This document shows positions 38,013 to 47,550 of a stretch of DNA of 63,351 nt, in pieces. The notes below the pieces were generated by a model, which was given only the letters and a program-made list of their open reading frames with translations, ran no database searches and was not told the DNA's origin. This DNA comes from Gemmatimonadota bacterium. Its GTDB lineage: Bacteria; Gemmatimonadota; Gemmatimonadetes; Palauibacterales; KS3-K002. The position numbers and the translations under genes are program-made. The stretch covers positions 1 through 63,351 of the forward strand of contig JBDHKG010000006.1 in NCBI GenBank assembly GCA_039586495.1, read 5' to 3'. Position 1 is the stretch's first letter, and every line of letters begins with the position of its first letter.

Positions 38013-39472
38013 CAGTTCGGAGTGACGATGAGCCGCTCGGCGACCGCGTCCTGCATCAGCGGATCGCCGCACCAAGCACAGACGACAGTCGCCGCACTGG
38101 GCAGCTGGTCGGCGAGCCTTGGATGCCCGAACAGAACCACCGCGGCTTCCGGCGCCTTCTCGATGATCTTGAGCGCCTCGCTCACCGTCTCGGGTGCGAG
38201 CTCCGCCCTGCCCTTCCACCCCCTCACTTCCGAGAAGATGGCGATGAGATCCACCGCAGGCCCCCCGTAGGAGGGATCCTCCACCCGTGCAGCGCGGCGC
38301 TCCAGGGCACGGGTCAGTTGGGCGCGATCGCGAGGCGGAGACGCGGGCACCGAGAGCCAATCGGGCAGCGACACGACGTCGTCGTCGATGACATGGACTC
38401 GCAGGCTCTGCCCCGGCCACCACCGGGGCAACATCCCGCGAACGGGTAGGACCGACGCCGCTGCCAGCTCGAGAGCTTGAGCGATACTCGGCTCGGGCAC
38501 CGGATCATCTAATTCGATCCGCGCCTCAGCCGCCAGCCGCTCCACTCGCCCCACCGCCTCTGAGACGCGAGCACGCTCCAGTGCTCCGGAATCCAGCGCG
38601 GCGTTGAGCGCGGCCACCGCTTCCTCCGCGGACGTGGGATACAGCAGCGCGTCGCACCCGGCCCGCACCGCCTCCACTGCCGCGTCCGCCTCCGACCAGC
38701 CCGCAGCCGAGATGGCGTGCATGATGAGCGCGTCGCTGGCGATGACGCCGTTGAAGCCCAGCTCGTCTCGCAAGAGTCGATAGATCGGCGGCGACAGGCT
38801 GGCCGGCGCACCGGAGGGGTCGAGATGCGGGTAGACCACGTGCGCCATCATGATCGTGCGGACTCCCGCCTCGATCGCGGCGCGGAACGGCGCCAGATCC
38901 GCATCCAGGTCGCCGCGAGTCGCCCCGACCAACGGTAGCTCGGCATGCGAGTCCGCGGTGGTCCGCCCATGGCCCGGGAAGTGCTTAGCGCAGGCATGAA
39001 CGCCTTCGTCCTGCGCCGTTTTCACCCACACGCGAACCGCGTCCGCGACCGTCGCCGGATCGGCCCCGAAGCTGCGCGTGCCCACGATCGGGTTCGCTGG
39101 CTCCACATCCAGGTCCGCCATCGGCGCCAGCACCCAGCCGATGCCCGCCGAAGCCGCTTCCTGTGCCGTCATGCGAGCGGCCTCGAGCAGCCCGCGGTCC
39201 GTCATGCTCGCCAGCGCGGCCGCCGGCGGCAGCGGAGTCGCCCCCTCCAACTGCTGCCCGGCCCCGCGCTCGAGATCGGCAGCGAAGAGAACCGGTCGAC
39301 CCGCGTGCTCCAGCGCGCGGCCCACCAGCTCCTTCATCGCAATCATGCTCCCGCCGAAGACGACAAAGCCGCCCACACCCAGGTCGAGGGCGGCGCAGAC
39401 ATCCGGCCACACCTCGTCGGGAGCACGGCTGCCCCAGCGGAGCACGGGGAACACCAGGCGCGCCGGGGTCAT
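38012..39472 (-). CDS. nagZ: GH3 beta-N-acetylglucosaminidase
   Basis: KHFPGHGRTTADSH NagZ signature, ADLERG, SDAL; ATGA overlap with anmK. Confidence 0.85.
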   Translation of the reverse strand: MTPARLVFPVLRWGSRAPDEVWPDVCAALDLGVGGFVVFGGSMIAMKELVGRALEHAGRPVLFAADLERGAGQQLEGATPLPPAAALASMTDRGLLEAARMTAQEAASAGIGWVLAPMADLDVEPANPIVGTRSFGADPATVADAVRVWVKTAQDEGVHACAKHFPGHGRTTADSHAELPLVGATRGDLDADLAPFRAAIEAGVRTIMMAHVVYPHLDPSGAPASLSPPIYRLLRDELGFNGVIASDALIMHAISAAGWSEADAAVEAVRAGCDALLYPTSAEEAVAALNAALDSGALERARVSEAVGRVERLAAEARIELDDPVPEPSIAQALELAAASVLPVRGMLPRWWPGQSLRVHVIDDDVVSLPDWLSVPASPPRDRAQLTRALERRAARVEDPSYGGPAVDLIAIFSEVRGWKGRAELAPETVSEALKIIEKAPEAAVVLFGHPRLADQLPSAATVVCAWCGDPLMQDAVAERLIVTPN

Positions 39473-40608
39473 GGCAGCGTCAGCTTCCCCAAGACGCGCG
39501 GCCCGGCGGCGCCCGTGACCGACGGAAGGTTGCCGGGCCTGCCGGTCTGAAACAGATGGGCGAGAATAGCAAAGGCGGCTGCCTCCTTCGCGTCGGGATC
39601 CCAGCCGAGCGCCGAGAGATCGGTCACGGGCGTGGGGTCCAGCGCTTGCGCCAGCATCTGCATCAGGGTCGGGTTGCGAGCGCCACCGCCGGAGACGATG
39701 CACTCGTCAGGGGTCGATTCGCGATCGACGAGCCGGTACGCGTCTGCGATACTCCGCGCTGTGAGAGCTGTGGCGGTGGCGATCAGGTCGTCATCCTCCA
39801 GGCCCAGCCCCTTGCCGCTACGAATCAGCTCTCGGGCGTAGGGTTCGCCGAAGTGCTCACGCCCCGTCGACTTTGGCGGCTTCTCGCGGAAGTAGTCGTC
39901 GGCCAGCAGCCACGCCAGAAGCTCACCGTTCACCGCACCCGCGGCAGCCCGTCGTCCGTCCGCGTCGTAGCGCTCCCCCCCGGCGCTCAGAATCTCCACG
40001 ACCGCGTCGATGACCGCGATGCCGGGGCCGGTGTCGAAGGCGATCACCGGCTGCTTGGAGCCCTCCGGCGGCAGCAACGTGACGTTCGCCATCCCACCGA
40101 TGTTCTGGAGCGCGCGCCAGCCGTCGGGAAGCGAGAAGAGCAGCTGATCGATCAGCGGGACCAGGGGCGCTCCATGGCCGCCGGCCGCCATGTCACGCAC
40201 CCGGAAGTCGGAGATTACCGGCACACCCAAACGCTCAGCAATCACAGCCGCCTCTCCCAGCTGCAGCGTTGCACCCGGAGCGCCAGCACTCGGAGGCTCG
40301 TGCCAGATCGTCTGCCCGTGGGAACCCACCGCGGCCAGCTCAGCGGCCGCCACTCGGGCCTTCTCGAGGAGTTGCAGTGCGGCCTCGGCGAACCAGCCGC
40401 CGAGCTCGAAGTTCACGCGGCAGAGGTCCTGAGAGCTACCTGTCAGCGCCTCCTTGATGGCCTGACGCTGATCGGGCGTGTAAGGCAGCGAGAGAAAGGC
40501 CTCCAGGAACGCACCCACGCGTCCGCCCTGCTCATCCACCTGGACCAACGCGACATCGATGCCGTCGAGCGAGGTGCCCGACATCAAGCCGAGATAGCGC
40601 GTTGTCAC
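39469..40608 (-). CDS. anmK: Anhydro-N-acetylmuramic acid kinase
   Basis: GLMSGTSLDGID, GSHGQT, DFR..D.AAGG.GAPL, NIGG.AN, FDTGP, KSTGRE, KEA. Confidence 0.96.
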   Translation of the reverse strand: MTTRYLGLMSGTSLDGIDVALVQVDEQGGRVGAFLEAFLSLPYTPDQRQAIKEALTGSSQDLCRVNFELGGWFAEAALQLLEKARVAAAELAAVGSHGQTIWHEPPSAGAPGATLQLGEAAVIAERLGVPVISDFRVRDMAAGGHGAPLVPLIDQLLFSLPDGWRALQNIGGMANVTLLPPEGSKQPVIAFDTGPGIAVIDAVVEILSAGGERYDADGRRAAAGAVNGELLAWLLADDYFREKPPKSTGREHFGEPYARELIRSGKGLGLEDDDLIATATALTARSIADAYRLVDRESTPDECIVSGGGARNPTLMQMLAQALDPTPVTDLSALGWDPDAKEAAAFAILAHLFQTGRPGNLPSVTGAAGPRVLGKLTLP

Positions 40609-40612
40609 AGTG

Positions 40613-42046
40613 CTAACCCAAGACAAGGCGTCGAATAGGCTCGAGGTGGCGGTGATCGTGCCAGATCACGTGGCGCAGGATCTGGTAGAGAGAGATCGAG
40701 CCATAGCGTTCGTGAGCACCAGTCTGAGACCAGCGCTGAACCGGCAGCGCCTGAGCGGGAGCGAGCAAGCGCGATCGGCTCTCGGTCAGACGACGCAACA
40801 GCACCTCGATCGCCGCCTCGCGGGCGCCGCTCTCGAATACCTTGCGGTTCTCCGCCTCGTCGTCGCGGTCCTCAATCCGCGCGCCCTCCCGCGCCAAGAT
40901 GGCTTCGATCCGCCGGGTCATCAGGGCGTCGCAATCGATCAGGTGCTCGATCTGCTCCTTCGCGCACCACTTGTCCTGCGCGGGTCGCTCCCGCAGCCGT
41001 GCGTCCGGGACCCCTGCTATCAGTTCCGCGATCCGCTCGGGCAGGTCGCGTAGGGCAGCCCGGACGACCTCGAGAACCTGCTCGCTCGGCGGCGCTGGAG
41101 GATAGCACCCATAGGGATCCTCCGAGGCCTCCACCGTCTCTGCCAGCTCCAACGCCCGGCGCACGAACTCGTCGGATTCCGCCACATAGAGTTCTGCCAG
41201 CTCAGAACTCAGGCCGGCGCGTTTCATTACGATCGCCCGCTTCACCGAGCCGCCCGCCTGGCTGATCACCTGCAGTGCCTCCTCACGCGAGCAGCCCGTC
41301 GCCGCCATGACGATCCGTTGGCCTCGATCGACCAGCTTCTCGCTCATCGCCCGCAGGTCGACCATCAGGTTCCCGTACACCTTGCCCAGCCGGATCATCG
41401 CGCCCGTGGTCAGCGTGTTGAGCACCAGCTTCGTGGCGGTCCCGGCCTTCATGCGCGTCGAGCCCGCAACCACCTCCGGACCGACAAGCGGCACCACACA
41501 CACATCCACAAGCTCTCTCATCTCTGCGCCCGGCTCGGTACAACAGAGGAACCCGGTCCGGGCCCCACGCTCCACTGCCCGCGTGAGCGCGCCGCGCACG
41601 TACGGTGTGGTGCTCGACGTCGCGATGCCGAAGACGAAGTCGCTGGGACCGACGTTCGCATCGTCCACCGCAGCCGCGCCATCCTCCGGGTGATCCTCGG
41701 CGCCTTCCTGGCTGCGGGTAAGCGCCGCGTAGCCGCCGGCGATGATCCCCTGCACCATCTCGGGATCGACTCCGAAGGTGGGCGGGCATTCCGTGGCATC
41801 GAGCACGCCCAGGCGACCGCTCGTCCCGGCGCCCACATAGATGAGCCGGCCGCCCCGCTTGAAGCAGTCCACGGCAATCTCGATCGCCCGCGCGATCTGC
41901 TCGCGCTCAGCACGCACGACGTCCGGCAGCGAGCGATCCTCAGCATTGATCAGATCGACGATCTCCAGCGGACACGCCAGATCGATCTCCGCCGTCCTGG
42001 GGTTGCGATGCTCGGTGAGCCTCGGGTCGAACAGGCTCTCTTGCAT
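40613..42046 (-). CDS. murQ: N-acetylmuramic acid 6-phosphate etherase fused to a C-terminal DinB/YfiT-like domain
   Basis: TEHRNP, GAGTSGRLGVLDATECPPTF, EGAED, GSTRMKAGT, GNLMVD; then about 155 aa with KW..KEQIEHL.D and RHVIWHDHRH. Confidence 0.92.
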   Translation of the reverse strand: MQESLFDPRLTEHRNPRTAEIDLACPLEIVDLINAEDRSLPDVVRAEREQIARAIEIAVDCFKRGGRLIYVGAGTSGRLGVLDATECPPTFGVDPEMVQGIIAGGYAALTRSQEGAEDHPEDGAAAVDDANVGPSDFVFGIATSSTTPYVRGALTRAVERGARTGFLCCTEPGAEMRELVDVCVVPLVGPEVVAGSTRMKAGTATKLVLNTLTTGAMIRLGKVYGNLMVDLRAMSEKLVDRGQRIVMAATGCSREEALQVISQAGGSVKRAIVMKRAGLSSELAELYVAESDEFVRRALELAETVEASEDPYGCYPPAPPSEQVLEVVRAALRDLPERIAELIAGVPDARLRERPAQDKWCAKEQIEHLIDCDALMTRRIEAILAREGARIEDRDDEAENRKVFESGAREAAIEVLLRRLTESRSRLLAPAQALPVQRWSQTGAHERYGSISLYQILRHVIWHDHRHLEPIRRLVLG

Positions 42047-42162
42047 AACCCTCGCTCTGCGTCCACTGCCAACGCCGCCACGCCGCTGGGCGCACCGTTG
42101 CCGAAGGCTGTCTTGAAACCTAAAGTTTGCAAGTTCGACCCAAAAGGCTAGAAGGGAGGAAG

Positions 42163-43344
42163 ATGGAGCTTCTCTCGAAGGCCGCCGGCCTCGCCAGCGA
42201 GCTCGTCGAGATCCGGCGCGACATCCACGCGGACCCGGAGCTCGCGTTCCAGGAAAGGCGAACCGCCGCGCTCGCGGCGGAGCGACTGGAGCAGCTGGGC
42301 TACGAGGTCCTGACCGGCGTCGCGGGCACGGGCTGCGTCGGCGAGCTGAGTACGGGGCCTGGCCGCACCGTGGCGCTGCGCGCCGACATGGATGCGCTGC
42401 CGATCCAAGAGGCCAACGACGTTCCCTACCGCTCAAGGGTCGACGGCGTGATGCACGCGTGTGGGCACGACGCGCACGTCGCCTGCGCCCTCGGCGCCGC
42501 CCGGCTGCTGGCGGAGAGCGCGGCGGACGGCTCGCTGCCGTCGGGCCGTATCCGGCTCATCTTCCAGCCTTCCGAGGAACGGACGGACGACGAGAACCTG
42601 GGCGGCGCCCAGCGGATGATCGCGGAGGGCGCGATGGAAGGTGTGGACGCCGTTATCGGTCTGCATGTGGCCTCCATGTCGCCCACGGGCAAGGTGCTGT
42701 TCCGCGAGGGTCCGCTGATGGCGGGGAACGACACGCTGCACGGCGTCGTGCGGGGAGCCAGTGCGCACGCCGCGCTTCCGCACGAGGGCCTGGACGCCGT
42801 GGTCCTGGCGGCGCACGTGGTTCTCGCCGTGCAGGCGATCGTCGCCCGGCGCATCGACCCGCTCGAGCCCGCGGTCATCACTTTCGGCAAGATCACGGGC
42901 GGCAGCGCGGAGAACGTCTTGTGTAATCAGGTGCGGCTTACCGGCACGCTGCGCTATTTCGACTTCGAGGTGCGTGAGCAGCTGCACGCGGAGCTGCAGC
43001 GCGCCTTCGCGGTCGCGGATGCCATGGGCGGCGAAACCCAGATCGAGATCAGGCCAGGCAATCCGCCGGTCATCAACGATGCCAGGCTCAATGACCTCGT
43101 CCGCGCCGCCGCTGTCTCGGTCGTCGGCGAAGCGGACGTTGACACGGCCGACCTGATCATGGGCGCCGAGGACTTCGCCTTCCTGGCCCGGGAAGCGCCA
43201 GGCTGCTTCTTCTGGCTGGGCGCGGGCATCGAGGATGACCCCCGCACCCACCACTCGCCCCGCTTCGATATCGACGAGCGCTGCCTGCCGCGCGGGGCGG
43301 CCGTGCTCGCCGCTGCCGCGCAAAGGGTGTTGGCCGAATGGTAG
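42163..43344 (+). CDS. M20D amidohydrolase (hippurate hydrolase-like)
   Basis: LRADMDALP, MHACGHD, FQPSEE, GAEDF, HHSPRF. Confidence 0.92.
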   Translation: MELLSKAAGLASELVEIRRDIHADPELAFQERRTAALAAERLEQLGYEVLTGVAGTGCVGELSTGPGRTVALRADMDALPIQEANDVPYRSRVDGVMHACGHDAHVACALGAARLLAESAADGSLPSGRIRLIFQPSEERTDDENLGGAQRMIAEGAMEGVDAVIGLHVASMSPTGKVLFREGPLMAGNDTLHGVVRGASAHAALPHEGLDAVVLAAHVVLAVQAIVARRIDPLEPAVITFGKITGGSAENVLCNQVRLTGTLRYFDFEVREQLHAELQRAFAVADAMGGETQIEIRPGNPPVINDARLNDLVRAAAVSVVGEADVDTADLIMGAEDFAFLAREAPGCFFWLGAGIEDDPRTHHSPRFDIDERCLPRGAAVLAAAAQRVLAEW

Positions 43345-43996
43345 CGACGAAGGCACCGCCGCGCTCGACCCGGCGACGCGTCCGCGCCCTCAACCGGCGC
43401 CTCGAACAGCGCTACGGGCGCGCGACGCGACGGCGCATCGCCAGAACACCTCCGACGCCAACCGCGACCGAGCCTATGAAGCCCTGCGTGCCAGCTTCCC
43501 CGACTGGGAGGCGGTGCGCGTCGCGCGCAGGTCCGAGGTGGAGAAGGCGATCCGGCCGGCCGGCCTCTGGAAGCAGAAGGCGCGGGTGCTGCAGGACACT
43601 CTGAACGCATTGCTCGAGGAGCGAGGCCGGCTCGACCTTACACACCTCGCGGGTCTTTCGGACGAAGAGATCATCGAATACCTGACGAGCTTCCGCGGCG
43701 TGGGGGTGAAGACCGCCGCCTGCGTGCTCTGTTTCTCCATGGGCCGGCCCTACATGCCGGTGGACACGCACGTACATCGGGTCGCGCGCCGGCTCGGGCT
43801 CATCCCGGCCCGCGCCACCGCCGAGCAGGCCCATGAGCTGCTGAACCGGGACGGCTCCGTCCCGCCAGAGTTGCGCTTCTCATTCCATATTCAATTGATT
43901 GGACACGGACGCGCGGTCTGCCGGGCGGGTCGTCCTGCCTGTGACCGTTGCGTTGTCGAGGACCTTTGCCCGAAGCTGGGCGTGCAGGCCCGCTAG
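43338..43996 (+). pseudogene. nth: Endonuclease III-like HhH-GPD glycosylase, frameshifted by an apparent deletion at about 43440
   Basis: N-terminus (RRLEQRYG) is in one frame; QNTSD...GVGVKTA...VDTHV...C-x6-C-x2-C-x5-C is in another; the expected L..L..TILS helix before QNT is missing. Confidence 0.75.
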
Positions 43997-44022
43997 GGGT
44001 TCAAATCAGAAAGGAACTGCTC

Positions 44023-45774
44023 ATGCGGTGGATAAGCCTGTCGTTGGCTCTCTGCTTCACGCTGGCGTGTGTGCCGCCGCCGGCCGGCCCCGGTGGAGGC
44101 GCCACGGCCCGCCGGGTCTCCCTGCCCTTCGACTGGGAGTTCCGCGGCCTCGACCCGATAGGGACCGGAACCCAGGGAATGGCGGCGACCACCGACGCCC
44201 GAGCGACTCGGGTGGGCTTAGACGTCCTGCAGGCCGGCGGCAACGCGGTGGACGCGGCGGTCGCCGTGGGATTCGCTCTCGCCGTCGTATTGCCGTCAGC
44301 GGGCAACATCGGCGGCGGCGGTTTCGCGGTCATCCGCATGGCCGACGGCGAAATGGCAGCCCTCGATTACCGGGAGACGGCGCCACTGCTCGCAGTCCCC
44401 GAGCGGTATCTGGATGCCGAGGGCGTGCCCACAAACGCTTCACGCGTCGGCCACCTGGCGTCCGGGGTCCCCGGCAGCGTGGCCGGGCTCGCGGAGCTGC
44501 ACCGGCGCTATGGTACGCTGCCCTGGGAGGATCTGGTCGCTCCGGCGATCGACCTAGCGGAGAACGGCTTCACGGTGAACGAACGGTTGAGCCGGGGACT
44601 GGCGGCCAGGGCGAGCACCCTCACGCAGTTCGAGACGACGCGACAGATCTTCTTCCCCGGCGGCGAAGCGCCGCGCATCGGATCGGTGCTGCGGCAGCCG
44701 ATGCTGGCCGCGACCCTCCGCTTGATCGCCAGCCAAGGCAAGGACGCTTTCTACAGCGGCCCGATCGCCGACCTGATCGTTGAGGAGATGCGGAAGGGCG
44801 AGGGCCTCATCAGGCACGAAGACCTCGCCCGCTACCGTGCCAAGTGGCGCGATCCCATCGTCTTCGAGTATCGGGGACACACGATCATCTCCATGCCGCC
44901 GCCGTCGTCGGGCGGCGTGACGCTCGCCGAGATCCTCAACATTCTGGAGGGCTACAACCTCGGGTACCTGAGTTTCAACGAGGCGGAGTCGATCCACCTC
45001 ATCGTGGAGAGCTTCCGGCGCGCCTTCGCCGATCGAAACTACTACCTTGGCGATCCCGACTTCGTGGAGATGCCCATCGCGCGGCTGACGAGCGACGAGT
45101 ACGCCGCAGAGCTCCGGGCAGGCATCTCGCGCACCCGCGCGTCCGACTCGGAATCGTTCAACCGGGTGCCCGTGCTGAGCGAGGGGATCAACACCACTCA
45201 CTACTCGATCGTCGACGCGCAGGGCAACGCTGTGGCCGTGACAACCACGATCAATTCTTCGTACGGATCGGGAGTCGTCGTGGAGCGGGCCGGCTTCTTC
45301 CTCAACAACGAACTCGATGATTTCACACTGCGCGCCGGCTATCCCAATCAGTTCGGGCTCATCCAGAGCGAGGCCAACTTGATCGGCCCAGGCCGGCGGC
45401 CGCTTTCGGCGATGACCCCCACGATCATCATCGACCCCCAGCAGGAGCTGCGCATGGTCGTCGGTTCGCCGGGCGGCCCCAGAATCATTACCGCGGTCGC
45501 CCAAACGATCATCAACGTCATCGACTTCGGCATGGATGTGCGCACGGCCGTCGACGCTCCACGCGTTCACCACCAGTTGTTGCCTGACGAGATTCAGATC
45601 GAGAAGAACGGGATCGAGGCACGGACGCGCGGAATCCTGTCCAGCTACGGGCACCAAATCAACGCGACAACGCACTATTTCGGGGACGTGCAGCTGATCG
45701 TCCGCGCGCCCGACGGTACGCTGTACGGCGCGTCCGACCCGCGCCGGGAAGGCGGCAGGGCGCTAGGGTACTGA
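44023..45774 (+). CDS. ggt: Gamma-glutamyltransferase (lipoprotein)
   Basis: TLAC lipobox; GGNAVDAAVA, GNIGGGGF, TTHYSIVD, RPLSAMTP, GSPGG. Confidence 0.95.
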   Translation: MRWISLSLALCFTLACVPPPAGPGGGATARRVSLPFDWEFRGLDPIGTGTQGMAATTDARATRVGLDVLQAGGNAVDAAVAVGFALAVVLPSAGNIGGGGFAVIRMADGEMAALDYRETAPLLAVPERYLDAEGVPTNASRVGHLASGVPGSVAGLAELHRRYGTLPWEDLVAPAIDLAENGFTVNERLSRGLAARASTLTQFETTRQIFFPGGEAPRIGSVLRQPMLAATLRLIASQGKDAFYSGPIADLIVEEMRKGEGLIRHEDLARYRAKWRDPIVFEYRGHTIISMPPPSSGGVTLAEILNILEGYNLGYLSFNEAESIHLIVESFRRAFADRNYYLGDPDFVEMPIARLTSDEYAAELRAGISRTRASDSESFNRVPVLSEGINTTHYSIVDAQGNAVAVTTTINSSYGSGVVVERAGFFLNNELDDFTLRAGYPNQFGLIQSEANLIGPGRRPLSAMTPTIIIDPQQELRMVVGSPGGPRIITAVAQTIINVIDFGMDVRTAVDAPRVHHQLLPDEIQIEKNGIEARTRGILSSYGHQINATTHYFGDVQLIVRAPDGTLYGASDPRREGGRALGY

Positions 45775-45775
45775 C

Positions 45776-47536
45776 GTGCTGAAGCAGCTCGCTCCCTTAC
45801 TGCCCTACGCGCGCCGCTATAGAGGGCGGATCGCCGCCGGGCTCACCCTAGTGGTGGTGAGCAACCTGTTCTCCCTCGCCTGGCCCTACCTGCTGAAGCT
45901 GGCGATCGACGCGCTGGAGAAGGGCATCACGATCGCCGGGCTCGCGGCGTACGCCGGCGCCATCGTCGGCTTCTCGCTGATCGGTGGCATCGGCCGCTAC
46001 TTCATGCGCCAGCTGCTGAACGGCATGAGCCGGCACGTGGAGACCGACCTGCGTGACGACTACTTCGCCCTCCTGCTCAGGCTCGCGCCTGACTTCTACC
46101 AGCGGGTCCCCACGGGGGAACTCATGAGCCGGGCGACCAACGACATACCGGCCGTTCGTATGGTGATCGGCCCGGCGATCATGTACCTGGTGAACACGGC
46201 GGTCGTCTCGGTGATCGCGTTGACGATGCTCATTCTCATCGACCTGCACATCACCGTGCTGGCTATACTGCCGCTGGCGCTGGTCCCGGTCGCGACCATC
46301 TACTTCGGTCGCGAGATCCACGAGCGCTTCGAGGCGATCCAGGCGCAGTTCGGGCGCATCTCCACCACGGCGCAGGAGAACCTGGCCGGCGCCCGCGTCG
46401 TGCGCGCTTACGTTCAGGAGGACGCCCAGGCCCGGCAGTTCGCCGAGCTCAACCGCGATTACTTGGGGCACAACATGCGCCTCGCCAGGATCTGGGGGCT
46501 CTTCCACCCCACCCTCATGCTGCTCACCGGGCTGGGGGTGGTGATCGTGCTCGGCGTCGGCGGGCGCGACGTGGTGCTGGGCCGCATCACCATCGGCGAT
46601 TTCGTCGCCTTCATCTTCTACCTGATGCAGCTCATCTGGCCGGCGATCGCGCTCGGCTGGGTCATCAATCTGTTCGAGCGCGGCGCCTCCTCCATGCGCC
46701 GGATCCAGGAGATCATGACGCAAGAGCCATCGATCGGCGACGTGGAACAGCCGCTGGAGATCGCCGTGCCGCAGGGCGCCATCCAGTTCCAGAACGTCTG
46801 GTTCCGCTACCCCGGCACCGAGCGCTGGGTGCTCCGCGACATCTCGTTCAACATCGAGCCCGGCCAGGCTGTCGCGATCGTGGGGCGCACGGGTTCGGGC
46901 AAGAGCTCCATCGTCCGCCTGCTGCCGCGCCTCTACGACCCCGACCGGGGTGAGGTCCTGCTCGACGGCGTGCCGATCCGCCAGCTTCCGCTGGAGCGGC
47001 TGCGCGGCCTCATCGCCGTGGTGCCGCAGGAGCCTTTCCTCTTCTCGGAGACGCTGGGCGCGAACATCGCCTTCGCGCTCCGTGACGGCCACGACCAGGC
47101 GCGGATCGAAGAAGCCGCCGAGATCGCGCAGCTGGCGGAGACGGTACGTGGGTTTCCCCACGGCTATGACACGCAGCTCGGCGAGCGTGGCATCAACCTG
47201 TCGGGGGGCGAGAAGCAGCGGGCGACCCTGGCTCGCGCGCTGACTCGCCAATCGCGCGTGCTGATCCTCGACGACGCTCTGTCCTCGGTGGACACCCACA
47301 CCGAGGCGGCGATCCTCGACGAACTGAAAGACGTGCTCCGGCGCCGCACCAGCGTCATCGTCTCGCACCGGGTCACCGCCGTGAAGGACGCCGACCTGAT
47401 CCTGGTGCTGGAGGATGGCGAGATCGTCGAGCGGGGCGTGCACTCTGAGCTGCTGGCTGCGGATGGCGTGTATGCGCGACTGCTGCGGCGCCAGCTTCTG
47501 GAGGAGAGCCTGGAAGCGGAACGTGGCGTGGCCTGA
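45776..47536 (+). CDS. ABC exporter, fused TMD-NBD (MdlA-like)
   Basis: GRTGSGKS, LSGGEKQR, ILDDALSSVD, six-TM N-terminal half. Confidence 0.93.
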   Translation: MLKQLAPLLPYARRYRGRIAAGLTLVVVSNLFSLAWPYLLKLAIDALEKGITIAGLAAYAGAIVGFSLIGGIGRYFMRQLLNGMSRHVETDLRDDYFALLLRLAPDFYQRVPTGELMSRATNDIPAVRMVIGPAIMYLVNTAVVSVIALTMLILIDLHITVLAILPLALVPVATIYFGREIHERFEAIQAQFGRISTTAQENLAGARVVRAYVQEDAQARQFAELNRDYLGHNMRLARIWGLFHPTLMLLTGLGVVIVLGVGGRDVVLGRITIGDFVAFIFYLMQLIWPAIALGWVINLFERGASSMRRIQEIMTQEPSIGDVEQPLEIAVPQGAIQFQNVWFRYPGTERWVLRDISFNIEPGQAVAIVGRTGSGKSSIVRLLPRLYDPDRGEVLLDGVPIRQLPLERLRGLIAVVPQEPFLFSETLGANIAFALRDGHDQARIEEAAEIAQLAETVRGFPHGYDTQLGERGINLSGGEKQRATLARALTRQSRVLILDDALSSVDTHTEAAILDELKDVLRRRTSVIVSHRVTAVKDADLILVLEDGEIVERGVHSELLAADGVYARLLRRQLLEESLEAERGVA

Positions 47537-47550
47537 CCGGGCGAACCGAA

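Noticed and set aside
42113-42132. Imperfect palindrome TTGAAACCTAAAGTTTGCAA between murQ and the M20 gene, as a MurR/RpiR-type operator
   Set aside because: Symmetry is imperfect and no cognate regulator is in the window, so there is not enough support.
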